Part shown: one piece after another, positions 1-11,731 of the stretch | Position numbering within the stretch: the stretch's first letter is position 1 | Layout of the letters: each line of letters opens with the position of its first letter | Assembly: GCA_026023565.1 (NCBI GenBank) | Contig: JAPETS010000032.1 | Span: 248,001 to 312,000 of the forward strand | Length of the DNA stretch: 64,000 nucleotides | Source: Cirrosporium novae-zelandiae | Lineage: Eukaryota | Direction of reading: 5' to 3' | The notes under the pieces: generated by a model | Seen by the model: only the letters and a program-made list of their open reading frames with translations | Told to the model about the DNA's origin: nothing | Database searches by the model: none | Translations under genes and position numbers: made by a program

Positions 1-1314
1 CCTTTTCGCCCAAAGCATCTCTCAGGAACGTTTCCACATCCGTTAACTTCATATCCGGCAATAGCTTGTTCCATGTAGGTGGAACGTCAACTGCGCCATT
101 CGAAGCCACGAGCGCGTATGATGAAAGGACCATGCGCTTGAATTCCGGCGTCTTCATTTCAGGCGGCATGTGAGGGTGGTTCATTGGGGGAATCCAATCA
201 GAGTTAAGCTCGCCTTTTGCTAGGTCGGCTTTTTGTACACGATGGATTGTCATAGGACGGCCTGAGGTGGTGTCAGGGAACAGGACCAATTCATATCTGA
301 ATTTCCAGAGGGGTAATGCATGGCTAGATGAACAAAGAAGAACCTACCTGCGTATTTCTCAATCAATTTTACCAACTCTTTCTCTTGGATTCTACTCCCC
401 ACAATACCACCAACCTCTGGCCACTTTCCCTCATAGTCAATTGCGGCCGCGACCACTTTTGCAACGTCCTGGATGGTCGTCCAGACCCGCCAATCCTCGC
501 CTTCTTCCACCATTATAGCATGTCCACCTTCACAATCATAGCCGATACAGGTGATGAAAAGGTGTTCGGTTGTCACTTTCGGATAGGCCAAATAATTCAT
601 GAAGACCCCACATTGGAATAGGCAGTATTCAAGAACTGGCTTTTCAGCGTTAAGCTCTTTCAGGTGGGCGTGCAATTCGTCTTTGTATGCGTAGCCCGGG
701 AAGTGAGAGTCGCATCGTCTAAAAATCAAGAGAGACAAATTAGCGAACGAGTTCATATGATAATGATAGACCAGAGCCAGTGAAAATTCTTCCTCTGATC
801 TCCTTCCATTCTCTCAAGGAGAAACCCCCCTTTCCAACCCAGGAAAAGGAAGCAAGGAAATCCTTACGTAGCCCATTCACTCGGCGCGAACCTCTTCACC
901 CCAGCGTCCACGCACGCCGCCACCAAATTATTCTGCGCCAAGTTCTGTTGATCCCCCACCAAGAACGACAGAACCGTATGAACCCCCTTGAGAGCGGCCG
1001 TCAATTCTGCCTTATCAAGATAGTTCACCTTTACGACATCGATACCAGCGGCTGTGAGCTCAGGTGCTCCCTAGATGACGTACGAACGTCAACATTTCCC
1101 CTACATGTATGGAACAATCCACAAAGCCGAGCAAGCAAACGTACATTCCTCGAAAAAACAGTCACCTGATGCTTTCCCTGATTGAAAAGCTCTTGGGTAA
1201 TCTCCCAACCAACATCTATAAAAAATTGTATATCAGCTTGGTGTACGTGCAGTTTAAACAAGATTGAGAAAATAACATACTCCCGGAACCACCTGCAAGA
1301 ACCACGTGAACCAT
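1..1314 (-). CDS. NmrA-like NAD(P)-binding Rossmann-fold protein (multi-exon, runs off the left edge)
   Basis: Exon 1 reads MVHVVLAGGSG then a GTATGT donor. Exon 2 reads DVGWEITQELFNQGKHQVTVFSRN. Later exons include LEYCLFQCGVFMNY and TTIQDVAKVVAAAIDYEGKWPEVGGIVG, typical of fungal NmrA-like proteins. Confidence 0.8.
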
Positions 1315-1940
1315 TTTCCGTCTGGTTGAGGGTCTTTGTACTTGTGATGATACTGGTACTGGTGTTGAGGTAATCGCTGGCTTTTTTCTCTTTTTTTTTT
1401 TGAAAAAGAGAATATTCTTTGTATGTTATGTAGAGGAAATAAAACCAATGAAGGTCGATGAGTATTGATGAGGTTAATGATGAGGATGATGATGATGATG
1501 ATAATTCAAAAGTCCTCCACAGCCATCTCTTTTATATATAATCATTCTTTACGTCTACCAAACACCAATCGAGTGAGTGGTTGTTGCATATGTGAAACGT
1601 CGCCGAAGCCGAAGCCGAATCGGTCCCACCAAAAGGTCGCCGAACAAGGCTGGTCCGCCGAATCCGAAAAGATAAAAGTCAAATCAAGTCAAAACCTCAA
1701 CAAGTCAACGACATGCCTTGACAACGGGAACCTGCTCGACTCAATTTAACCCCATTCCTTTCCTATCATTTGTCCCAAAGGTAGAATATCTTGACCTCAA
1801 AAACATTACTCACTGCTATCGGAGTAATCCTAACAATATCTTCAAATACAGCTCGAAAGTAAGATTCTTTCTAGCTATATTCAGCTCAACTAAATCAATA
1901 TCAATTTTTTTTTTCAATCTTCTTTTACTGTTACAACTAT

Positions 1941-2390
1941 GAGGATACGGAAACAACAAACATCACAGCTTTTCACAATTCTAATGATATCTTTGGTTTT
2001 AACCATGCTCGGCCACTATGTGAAAGTTTCTTTCAGCTTTTGTTTGTTTGACGCTTGCGAACAGAGGTTCATTTAATGCTGTGGCTGAGGACATGAAAAC
2101 AACAAACATCACAGCTTTTCACAATTCTAATAACATCTTTGGCCTTAACCATGTTCAGCTATTGTGTGAACGTTTCATTCAGCTTTTGTTTGACGCATGC
2201 GGACAGAGGTTTATTTAATGCTGCGACTGGGGACATGGAAATCAGAATCATTATAGCTTTCCACAATCCTAAAGATATCTTTGGGTTTGACTATAATGAT
2301 GATGATTCATTATCTTGTTCATATATCACTATGTTTAGTTTGACTAAATCTAGCCACCGCGCAAAGGTTTCTTTCAGTTTTATTTCATGA
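1941..2390. repeat. Degenerate tandem repeat, ~142-146 bp unit, about 3 copies
   Basis: Units begin at 1941 (gaggatacggaaacaacaaacatcacagcttttcacaattctaa), 2087 (gaggacatgaaaacaacaaacatcacagcttttcacaattctaa) and 2229 (ggggacatggaaatcagaatcattatagctttccacaatcctaa). Confidence 0.85.
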
Positions 2391-2517
2391 CAGGCAAAGA
2401 ATTGCAGCCTTATTTTTTTGAACAGGATTTCTTTGTCTATTTAACAATACTTATATCGGAATGTTTCCTCAGGTCTTAAACATTTCAACGCATGTCTCAC
2501 AGCATATATTCTTCAGC

Positions 2518-3694
2518 ATGGTGAAAAGTCAGACTCAGCGGCAGCGTGCCGCTATTGAAAGCAACGATGAACAATTGCCTGAGCTGGATATTCAGGAATT
2601 AACGGCGCAAGGCAAGTTTTGTCTATATGAACATCTGTCCCCCCTAAAAATTAAATACTAACAAGATTGCTTAAGATCCCCAAAGTGAATTAGATTCAGA
2701 TAAGGATGAACTAGATTCCCTCGCCGGCTATGATTCAGATGAAAGGGTAGAAATCGAAACAGAAAGAATGGATATAGCAGCATTGAAGAACTCTCTCTTT
2801 GCACACAACATCTACTTTGACCGGCGTACAGAGTTGCCAAAAGCGCTTGCAGCACTTTTCGCGTCAGTTACGCTATCACGAGAAGGGCCACCGTCGCCAA
2901 AATCCAAAGAGGTTTCTCAAGTTAGCCGTTTTACGTCAAAAATGTCGGAGCTTGATGCAATGATTTATCTTGAGAACTATTTCGGTTTCCCCCCAACTCA
3001 CACGCTTGGTGGTGGCGGCGATGAGAATATTTGTCGAACCCATAGTCAACTATGGACCGCGAGTAGTATCCCAACACCAAATAGCCTAACCGACAACCTA
3101 GCTGCCATACTAGATGCTGTAGGATCCCCGCCGCGGCCTAAACCAGATATCACGTATGGCTACACGCGGTCAACCTTTTCAAATCTTGAATTTACCAAAC
3201 TAGCGTCCCTTCCGTCTTCTACAACTGGGACCAGAGGTGCCGAACCACTATTCCCCTTTTTAATTTTCGAATGGAAGTCAGGACTGGGAATGGCCGAAAC
3301 CGCCGAACTACAGGCGATGCGAGATGGCGCCGCTGCAGTAAACACCCACCGGCATTTTTTTGTCGAGACCGGTATAGCACAGCCGTCGGAGAGCGACACG
3401 GCCATGTTCTGCGTCTACGTCGGCCCCAGAAACATTGATATCTATCTGAGCTGGCGGCGGGAGCATCCCAGGGATGGGATCTCGTGGGAGATGGACAAGG
3501 TGTTTGCGGGACTCCTGGAGCGTCCCGAGGACGTTTTCTTTGCGCGTACCATCCTCCTGAATATTCGGAATTGGGCGTTGCAGCAGCGGCTGAAGCGCAT
3601 CAAGGCCGCGCTGAGGTCATTCAAAAAAAGAAAGGCTGAAGATGATAGTGTTGGGGAGGAACGCCAGGGCCGGCCGAAGCGAAGAAGAGGATGA
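2518..3694 (+). CDS. PD-(D/E)XK restriction-endonuclease-fold protein (DUF7924-like), two exons
   Basis: 308-aa ORF with PKPDITYGY...PFLIFEWKS...AELQAMRDG motifs and a basic C-terminal NLS-like tail. Upstream exon 2518-2611 joins in frame through a GC-AG intron at 2612-2675 with a TACTAAC branch point. Confidence 0.75.
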
Positions 3695-4399
3695 GGAGGA
3701 GGCTAGGGGGGTTGTAATCGATTAAAGAAGGGTTTTTTTTTTTTTTGCATTCTAATTAGTTGAAGCTGATAGGTAAATTTTGGATATTCGAATTAATTAA
3801 TAAGTGCTCTCTAGTCGGTGGATGTTCTTTCTAACCATTGTACCGTACCTTTTTTTTTTCACCAAATGTTTTCATTAGTCAATTAATAGAGATAACAAAG
3901 TCCTTTTTTTTTGTTTTTTTTTTGCTCATTATCCTAAATCATTTTATAAAAAAAAAAAAAAAATCCTAACCTACCTACCTACCTATCCTTTCCACACACA
4001 AAACTTAACTTAACTTACCCTTATCCTTACCCTTACACTTTTTTTCAAAATCCAATCCAATCCCCCTTTCTTTTCTTTTCTTTTTCTTTTTCTTCAGTCG
4101 AAGAATCAAGAAGGGTTGGGTCGGGTCGGGTCGGGTCGGGTCGGGGAGGAGGGGAGGAGCAGGAGAGGAGATTGGAGAGATAGAATACCTAACCACCTTA
4201 GATAACTACAATATTTGGGTGAAAGTTTTCTCTCCCCCCCCCCCCGTAAGGGCATCCAGTCCCATCTCCCCTTTAATTAATCAATTAGGCCAATTCGAGT
4301 TTGAGTCTGAGTCTGAGTTCAAGCAGCCCAAGTCTGAGTCAGAAATAGGACTAGGACTAGGACTGGGACTGGAACTATCAAGCCCTCATGAGTCGATTC

Positions 4400-4550
4400 A
4401 TGGGGTTTATGGGGTTTATGGATTTATGGGTTTATGGGTTTATGGGTTTATGGGTTTATGGATTTATGAGTTTATGGGTTTATGGGTTTATGGGTTTATG
4501 GATTTATGAGTTTATGGGTTTATGGGTTTATGGGTTTATGGGTTTATGGG
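4400..4550. repeat. (TTTATGGG)n minisatellite, about 18 copies
   Basis: Directly visible tandem 8-mer with GAT/GAG variants. It lies in a simple-repeat-rich spacer that also contains (GTCGG)n, (GGACTA)n, (GATAG)n, poly-C and poly-G. Confidence 0.95.
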
Positions 4551-5240
4551 CTTTATAAGCTTTATAGGACAATCGTCGACGTTGATGCATAACCTCTTCT
4601 ATTATAACATGAGAGGATAGGATAGGATAGGATAGGATAGGACAGGACATAACATGACAATAAATCTTTACTGTTCTATTTAGTCAATCAATATCAATAT
4701 CAATATCAATGTTTCTCTCTCCACTCACTTTTACTTTTTATTTTTTTGCTTTTTTTACTTCTTTACTTAAATAAACCCATCTAAGCTCGAAGCTCACACA
4801 AAACATATCCATCTCTAATCCCCCCCCCCCCCCCCCCCTGTTTCTGCGAATGCGAAGACTATACCTAGCTGGCTGGCTGGCTCAATTGAGGGTGGGGGTT
4901 GGGGGGATAGGCATAATTATAGCTATCTACTATCTCTCTGTTTCTTTCTTTCTTTCTTAGAATTGGAATTAGGTACATAAGAGGGTGTATGTATATGTAT
5001 ATATCTATCTCTCTAATTGGTTTATTATTTATCTATATATTCTGTTTTTATGGGGGAAAAATGTTTCTTTTTTTTGGGGGGGGGGGGGGGGGATGATTGT
5101 GTGTGTGTATGTGTGCATGAAAGGATTGTTGGGATGGGTGGGTGGATGAATGGAGTGTAGTTTGTTTAAATGATTTTGTTGGTGCGACAATTTTTGTACA
5201 TATATATATGTACACGGCACAAAAAATCCCATTCTTCTTC

Positions 5241-7415
5241 TCATTTCTTCTCAGATTCAGTCATAAGTACATCCCAACCCTTCTTCCAGAACCGAAGAAG
5301 AAGCTTGGATCTAGGTTCTGTTGTTCTTGTTGCTGTTGCTATCGCAATTTCCTCGGCTTTCTTCCGATCAAATTCGTCAAACCATTCCGCCTGGCGAAAA
5401 TTCATATCCTTGCCTCTTACGAATTTGGTTTTGAAATACCACTTGAGGAGTTTGTTAGCGTGGGAGGTGTTTTTTTTTTTCGTCAACTATAGGGAGGGGG
5501 CGACATGGGGGGTTGTCTTACCTTGTATAGCAAAAAATCTATCGCGAACAGCGGAGGGGAGATATAGGTAGAGAAGAAGCCCTCAGCGCTTGGTTCCCCG
5601 CCGAATGGCCACAGGGCAAAGTAGAGTTCGGCAGCCAGGAAGCAGAAGCAGAGGACAAGGCCCAAATATTGACCCCACGGAACCATCCAGCTGTAGAACG
5701 GGAGGGAGCGGTGGTCGATACCCTGAGCCCTCAGCCCGGCTCGAAAGCGCAGGTGGGAAATGTAAATCAGGGCCCAACCGAGAAACGCGGAGACCCCGAC
5801 GAGCGAGGATAACCACGAGTAGACGACCTGCGCCGTATCGTTGCAGTTGAGGTATGTGAGACCCCCGCCGAGGGTGCCGCTGACGATTAGAGCCAGCCGT
5901 GGGCGGCCCCGGGTATCCTTTTTGCTGAAGATGGGGTGGATGATTCCCAGCTCGGACATTGAGGTTAGGGCTCTGCTTGCGATGTAGATGGCGGTGATTC
6001 CGCATGCGGTGACGGTTATGAGGATCAGCCCGTTGAGGATGTCGGCCAGGACGGGCACCCCGGCTCGCTTTACGGCTATAATAAAGGGGGATGCGAGCGT
6101 GCCGGATTTGTTGTTGAGATCGGGGTCATTCCATGGTACGCACATTGTCACTAACCTTTGGAGAGAGAGGGGTCAGTGGGGGGATGTGTTCGGGGAATGG
6201 TGGAGCCTTCAGGCTTGCGCTTACCAGATGTTGACTACGTAGAAGAGAACCATGCGCCAGAATAGAGGTTGGATTGCTTTCTTGATGGTTCTACGGGGGT
6301 TGATCATCTCGCCGGCGCACACGGCGATATATCCGGCTTTGTTTATGTTAGTGTCTCTGCTCTTATTTGTAGATATTTACACATTGTGAATACAGCATGA
6401 GATGGCATAATACGTACCGGAGGTACAGCTGAAGGCTGCTTGAAGCACTGCCTTGCAAATGCCCTTGAATCCATTAGGGAACGCTCCTGGATCCTTCCAA
6501 TACCGAAATTCGATAGGGCCATGGGTGGCCGGTATACCGCCGCTCGTCATTATTACCATGAAGAACATGATGATCATGAGAGCCGTGACTTTTATCATGT
6601 TCATCACCACTTCAACATGGCCATACCATTTCACCTCGAAGATGTTGAAAAGACTCATGAATACTAAAAAGATGGTGATGTAGCCAGCGATAGGGATCTT
6701 TTCAGTGATAGGCCAGTATTGGAGAACCGAGACGCAGGCAATGATTTCTGCGGGTATGATAAGAACCCACTGGATAGTGGGAGTTAGTCTTCGATATGAT
6801 ATCACTATTGTCCCGAAAACGAGACGTGGAAAGAGGTGCCAGGCTTGTACTAACAGCGAACCAATAATTCATACCAAGAGCAAATGCGGCCGCCTTGTCC
6901 ACATACTCCATGGTTTGCCGAATATATCCTCCATACAAGGGCTTGTAACATGTCATTTCTCCAATAGACATAAACTCGATGTAAATGGCAATACTTCGTG
7001 GTGAATTGCAGGTTAGCTAATATAAACCGACAAGTAGCAGCATGCCTGGGGCTCTACTAACGCCACTAGGATGTATCCAATAGCACAGGCGCCGGGGCCA
7101 CCTAAAATGCATTCTATCAGCAAAAGTATTCTTTCTAAGAAGGTCACAGAAAGTCTGCGTCGGGAGCCACATACCTTTCGCAAGTGCTGTCCCGGTTCCA
7201 ACCCAAAGACCCGTACCGATGCCTCCTCCTATCGAAAGCATGACAACTTGCCGAGCAGTGAGACTTCGACGCCATCCGTTGTCATCGCTATTCTCTAGGT
7301 CGATGACAGAGCCTGGGATGATACCTGTGTCTGAACCCGCTTCAGTGGTGATGTTAGCACACGACTTGCCCTCCGGGCTTGCCTCTAAAGGCCCAGACTT
7401 GAGTTGAGAGCTCAT
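5241..7415 (-). CDS. Amino-acid permease (APC superfamily, fungal YAT type), multi-exon
   Basis: Motifs RRSLTARQVVMLSIGGGIGTGLWVGTG, FRYWKDPGAF, AGEMINPRRTIKKA, SPFIIAVKRAG and HLRFRAGLRAQG occur across exons with canonical introns. Confidence 0.93.
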
Positions 7416-7499
7416 GTTGATAGCTGATGCATGGGGGGGGGGGTATATTGCTGTAGAGAGGAATAAGGGAAGATGAATGGCTGACAACTCCGTTGGACG

Positions 7500-7965
7500 A
7501 GCTCCCTTTATATCTCCTCCATCATTTCGAATATCTCAGCCTCCCACACACATTTGGCACCTATCATTTTATGCGAGATAGCCTCCCATGTCTGGAAGAA
7601 ATCTCAAGATAGCAATGGAACAAGGGCTATCATCCAGTGGTAATTCTCATGCAACTTTATCAATTGATTCAGTTCTTGAGAATGAAAGATAATATGGCGG
7701 CAGTTGGGGTTTTGCATGGTCGGAGTTATCCGCTCGATGATTTCGTTTCAACGTCAGTATTGCTGCAAGCCACCAATTCATCGAGACGTCACCTTATCGG
7801 GCTTTGTTGATGCCCTAGGATCTTGATAATGGATTCAGGTTTTGGAGTTCAAGGCCATTGTTATAAAGGTCCAAACTTGAAGTGATTATCTTTTCTCAGC
7901 TTGGCTTTTTGAATCTAATATGCTGGCTAATCGCTCTTATCAGTACGCCGTCGAGATAATCGTTC
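7500..7965 (-). promoter_or_regulatory. GATA (HGATAR)-rich promoter of the permease; candidate AreA/Nit2 sites plus TATA box
   Basis: About eleven HGATAR hexamers on both strands between 7561 and 7960. TATAAA on the minus strand near 7507-7512. Confidence 0.6.
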
Positions 7966-8303
7966 ACTTGCATTCAGTCACATTTGTCAAGATGCATGAG
8001 TATGGAGTTGGCCATTTGATTTACTCCAGTAGATGGTTATTCGCTAAGTTGGCTTGAGCCCTGGGAATAGGCTTCATCAACCCGGTACCCCTACAACATG
8101 AGTTTAAATCCCTACGCAGAAGCATATTGATAGCAACTTGCAATTTATCTTGCAATTTATCTTGCAATTTATATATTTGATGACTGCTGAGCGACCCAAT
8201 GCTTACAAGTAACGTTTTAATTACCAAATTATTAGAGAACAAATTGTTCTATAACATTTAGCCTTATGAATATCCGACTTTCACGTTCTGGCTGCTTTGA
8301 AAA

Positions 8304-10127
8304 TTAAATATCTTCAAAACAACGAATTAAATCTAAAAAGCCAACCATCGTTAGTCAACTCCCCAATAGATATTATCAAAAGACCGAAGAGCAAAAAATT
8401 AAAATGACAAAAAAAATAGATTATATACCATAATAAAACATCATAACTTCAACATGAGTTTGCATATCGAGCCTCTCGTTAACCGTGTGGGCATTCACGC
8501 GTGTTCCAGTTCGAGAAGGACTCCAACGATAAATGTTTTGTGTGAGGTTCCAGTATCGGCTCGTATCAGTGTTCCCCGTCATTATGTCCCCGCTGACGAC
8601 GACAGTCTTACCTTTGAGGCTAGGAACCGACTCAAAAACTGAGCGGGCCACACCAGAGAAGCGGGCCCAAGTATGGTTATTGTGGACGTCTGTGGGACTA
8701 ACTGGCGCAACTTCTAGAGAATGGGCCAAGACACTCATGGCCAGATGGTTGACAGGTTCGTCAGAGACACCGTCTTCGAAGGCGCTGAAGGTGAGATTAT
8801 ACTTGGCCACAATGGGACTGATGATCTTTACCGCACGATCCCTGAGCATCCCTACCGTCTCGTGTAGTGCCACACGGTAATTGACATTCGTAAAGATCTT
8901 TTCAGGAAGTGCATTCACCTTGACCCCGCCGCCGATGACGTCCACGGCCTGTGAGGTCTGAAATTTAAACCGATCTGTGATTCCGCGAGACCTTGCGATG
9001 GCTTCTGCCACACCAGTGAAATCATCGGATGCTAAAGCCGATGCTAACCACGGTTCCACAAAGTCCGGAGAATAGCGTGTTTGGCATTCGAGAGTTCTCC
9101 TGGTCGGGTGTTCTTTTCCTAGTCTTGGAAAGAATAGATCCTGCCTCTCCAGCTCATAGATGATTTCAGATATTATTCCAATACCCGTGTGAGATGGTGG
9201 TACCGAGCTGTGCCCCCCTTTTACACTTAGCGCCAGGTGAAAATCCACAGCCCCCTTTTCACCAACACCCGGTAATGCGTATACAATATCACCAATGGTT
9301 TCTAGACCCATTCCACCTTCATCGAGGATAAGCTCGAAACCGTAGTGGCCATACCTCTCTTCCAAAAACTCTGCTATAGATGCCGCTCCCAAACCCCCAG
9401 ACTCTTCGTCATATCCAAAAGCAAGAACGACGGTCCTCTTTGGGGTCCAGCCTTGGGATATCAAATCCTCCATAACGGATAGCAGCCCAATAAGGTTGTT
9501 CTTGCAGTCAACTGCGCCACGCCCCCACATCCATTTGCCATCGAAATAGCCTTTGAATGGAGGATATGTCCAATCCGAAGGATCGTCGGTGGGAACCACA
9601 TCTTGATGCGCTGTAAGCATAATCGGTTTCAGGGTCTTGCTGGTGCCATTGAACGTATAGACCAACCCAAGCCGATTGACATGCTCAAGCTGAGCGTACG
9701 AGTGTCTTGCCTCCCCTGTTAACTACTTCCTCATCCAAATCTTCTGACTGGGCTTTATGACGTACGATATAGGAAAAAGCTTTCGCAAAAGCGTATGGAA
9801 CTGGATAAAGGAGTCGAATCGAGAGTCATAAGGATCGTTCATGTCATCGGTCACAACCGTTGGAATCCGCACCGCCTTGGACAGGCGCTCGACCTGCAAG
9901 GCTCTCACAGCGTCATCGGTAATAAAGTCAAGCGGCGGGTGCAATCCGTCATTAGGAGCCTTTATTTTCAGTGCCAAAGGACAGACGCCCTTGTCCAATT
10001 GAGCTTCTTCATGGTGGTTTGCCTGTGACTGTAGATGAATCTGCCCCTGTGGATATAGAGCTACGGCCGCTATCTCAAACGATAGCAGCGAAGTAATAAT
10101 AACGATAGCAGCAAAAAAAATCCGCAT
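8304..10127 (-). CDS. Gly-Xaa carboxypeptidase (peptidase M20, Cps1-like), 3 exons
   Basis: N-terminal hydrophobic segment, then LTAHQDVVP, GRGAVDCKN, FGYDEESGG, ILDEGG, GGHSSVPP, MTGNTDT and AHTVNE motifs. Last exon encodes DLIRCFEDI*. Confidence 0.93.
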
Positions 10128-11161
10128 GATTTTTTTTGAGTATGAACACAAAAGAGAAGTTGAAAAGAAAAGAAAAGAAAAAAGAAAAAAGAAAAAAAAG
10201 GGAAGAGAAAAAAGAAAAGAAAATGAGACCAAGGACGTAATGGAGTACAGTAAAAGTGTAGGTTGTACAGTACAGTACATACTACAAATCCAACCCGCCA
10301 AGATAAGAACCTTTGAGCAATATATCCGATAGGGGTCATGGGTAGGTGGGTGGGTGTGTTATCGCTTATCTTCTGGACCTATCCTATAGATATTAAACGG
10401 TGTCACCAAAGACGTCAAAGGCTAGCTTACCGACCGAGACAACTTAGTCTACTTGATCTTGATTCATTAATTAACTTGGACCGATGAATGCTTTTTTTTT
10501 CAATTGAGTTGGTGTGTACATATGGTGTGAAGGTGTGAGGGTGTGAGGGTGTGAGGGTGTGAGGGGTAAATAAAGCATCAGTGATATTTATCGTATTTCA
10601 TCATTCAATGATGATGGTTGATGGTGATGTATTCCTATATACAATCCGACTTTCGACTTATTTTTTCTCTCTTACTTTCGAACGTAAATTATCTAGAGTA
10701 GTACAGTACTTAGTAGTAGTTAGATCTATCCACAGGTCAATAAATAAATAAAATAAACACATAGGCAATATTAAGGAATATATCACCGGGATCAATATCT
10801 AGGTCATTTAGCCATGCATAGATCGAGGAAGGAAACACATTTACCAATATATCTATATTACATCGAACTGCGTTTTAAGGAGGGGGGGCAAAGGTTGATA
10901 AGGATTCATGTCAAGCAAGAATCGTTCCTAATTAGTGTAGGCAGCGCGACCAAGGCTCCACTGCCTGCTCCGTATAATATAATATAATATAGATATATAT
11001 ATATAACTGGAGGATCTACTCTAGTGAATATAAAACCAAAAACCGGCCTCTTTTTTTAGCCTTCTTTGTTTCTTCTATAAGGATCCTCTCTTCCACTTTA
11101 TGTCGTGCTTTCCCTTCATCTCGTCTTCATCGTCAGGGCATACTCCCTAATCCGATTCTCT

Positions 11162-11460
11162 ATGCCTCGCGCCCCGCCCCGCTCCACCCCTGGGCCGCTT
11201 GTTCGTGACATCCTGCTAGAACGGGACAGGAATGTGCAAGATCGTCGTGGATATTTGGTAGGTAGGCAACGTTGTTCGGAAAATGCTGACAGTCAGAATA
11301 GAACAAGGAACGGCAGTAAAGCTGTTCCGGTTGATGAGGGAACCAAAAATAGGTATCTTCGACGAGTATAATAATAGTATATACAGAGCAGGAAGCTCGG
11401 CATTAATACACATAAGAACAGGAAATATAAAATTTAACACATATTTTTTAGACCCGCCAT
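11162..11460 (+). pseudogene. Short truncated gene relic, possibly the 5' end of a tyrosine recombinase (Starship captain-like)
   Basis: TATAAA near 11030, ATG at 11162, and a possible in-frame intron at 11258-11296. The peptide ends GTKNRYLRRV followed by TAA-TAA-TAG, which could derive from CAA-CAA-TGG. The family assignment is only a resemblance. Confidence 0.25.
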
Positions 11461-11469
11461 AGCTTAAGA

Positions 11470-11578
11470 GCGACATAAGGGTAATAAAATGAATCATCAT
11501 CGTCATCAACACATATTTATACTAAAGGTGACATATGAACAGTAAAATGAATCATCATAATCAACACATATTTACACT
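11470..11578. repeat. ~58-bp imperfect tandem duplication
   Basis: gacata...taaaatgaatcatcat...atcaacacatattta occurs twice in succession. Confidence 0.75.
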
Positions 11579-11731
11579 GTACAGGAGCGAACAGCGAAAA
11601 ATGCTCGTGCGGGGCCAGGGAGCAGACAGTAAGACATGTCTTACTGGAATGTGACCTATTTGCAACGCAACCCAATGACACGTTATGGGATGGAGGAAAG
11701 TTAACCAATCCCAAACACCTTTCTTGGAGGC

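Noticed and set aside
1941..2390. CRISPR-like interpretation of the spaced repeats
   Set aside because: Eukaryotic context, the whole unit is repeated with no unique spacers, and there are no cas genes.
4219..4509. 96-aa ORF with YGFMGLW repeats
   Set aside because: Translation of microsatellite and minisatellite DNA.
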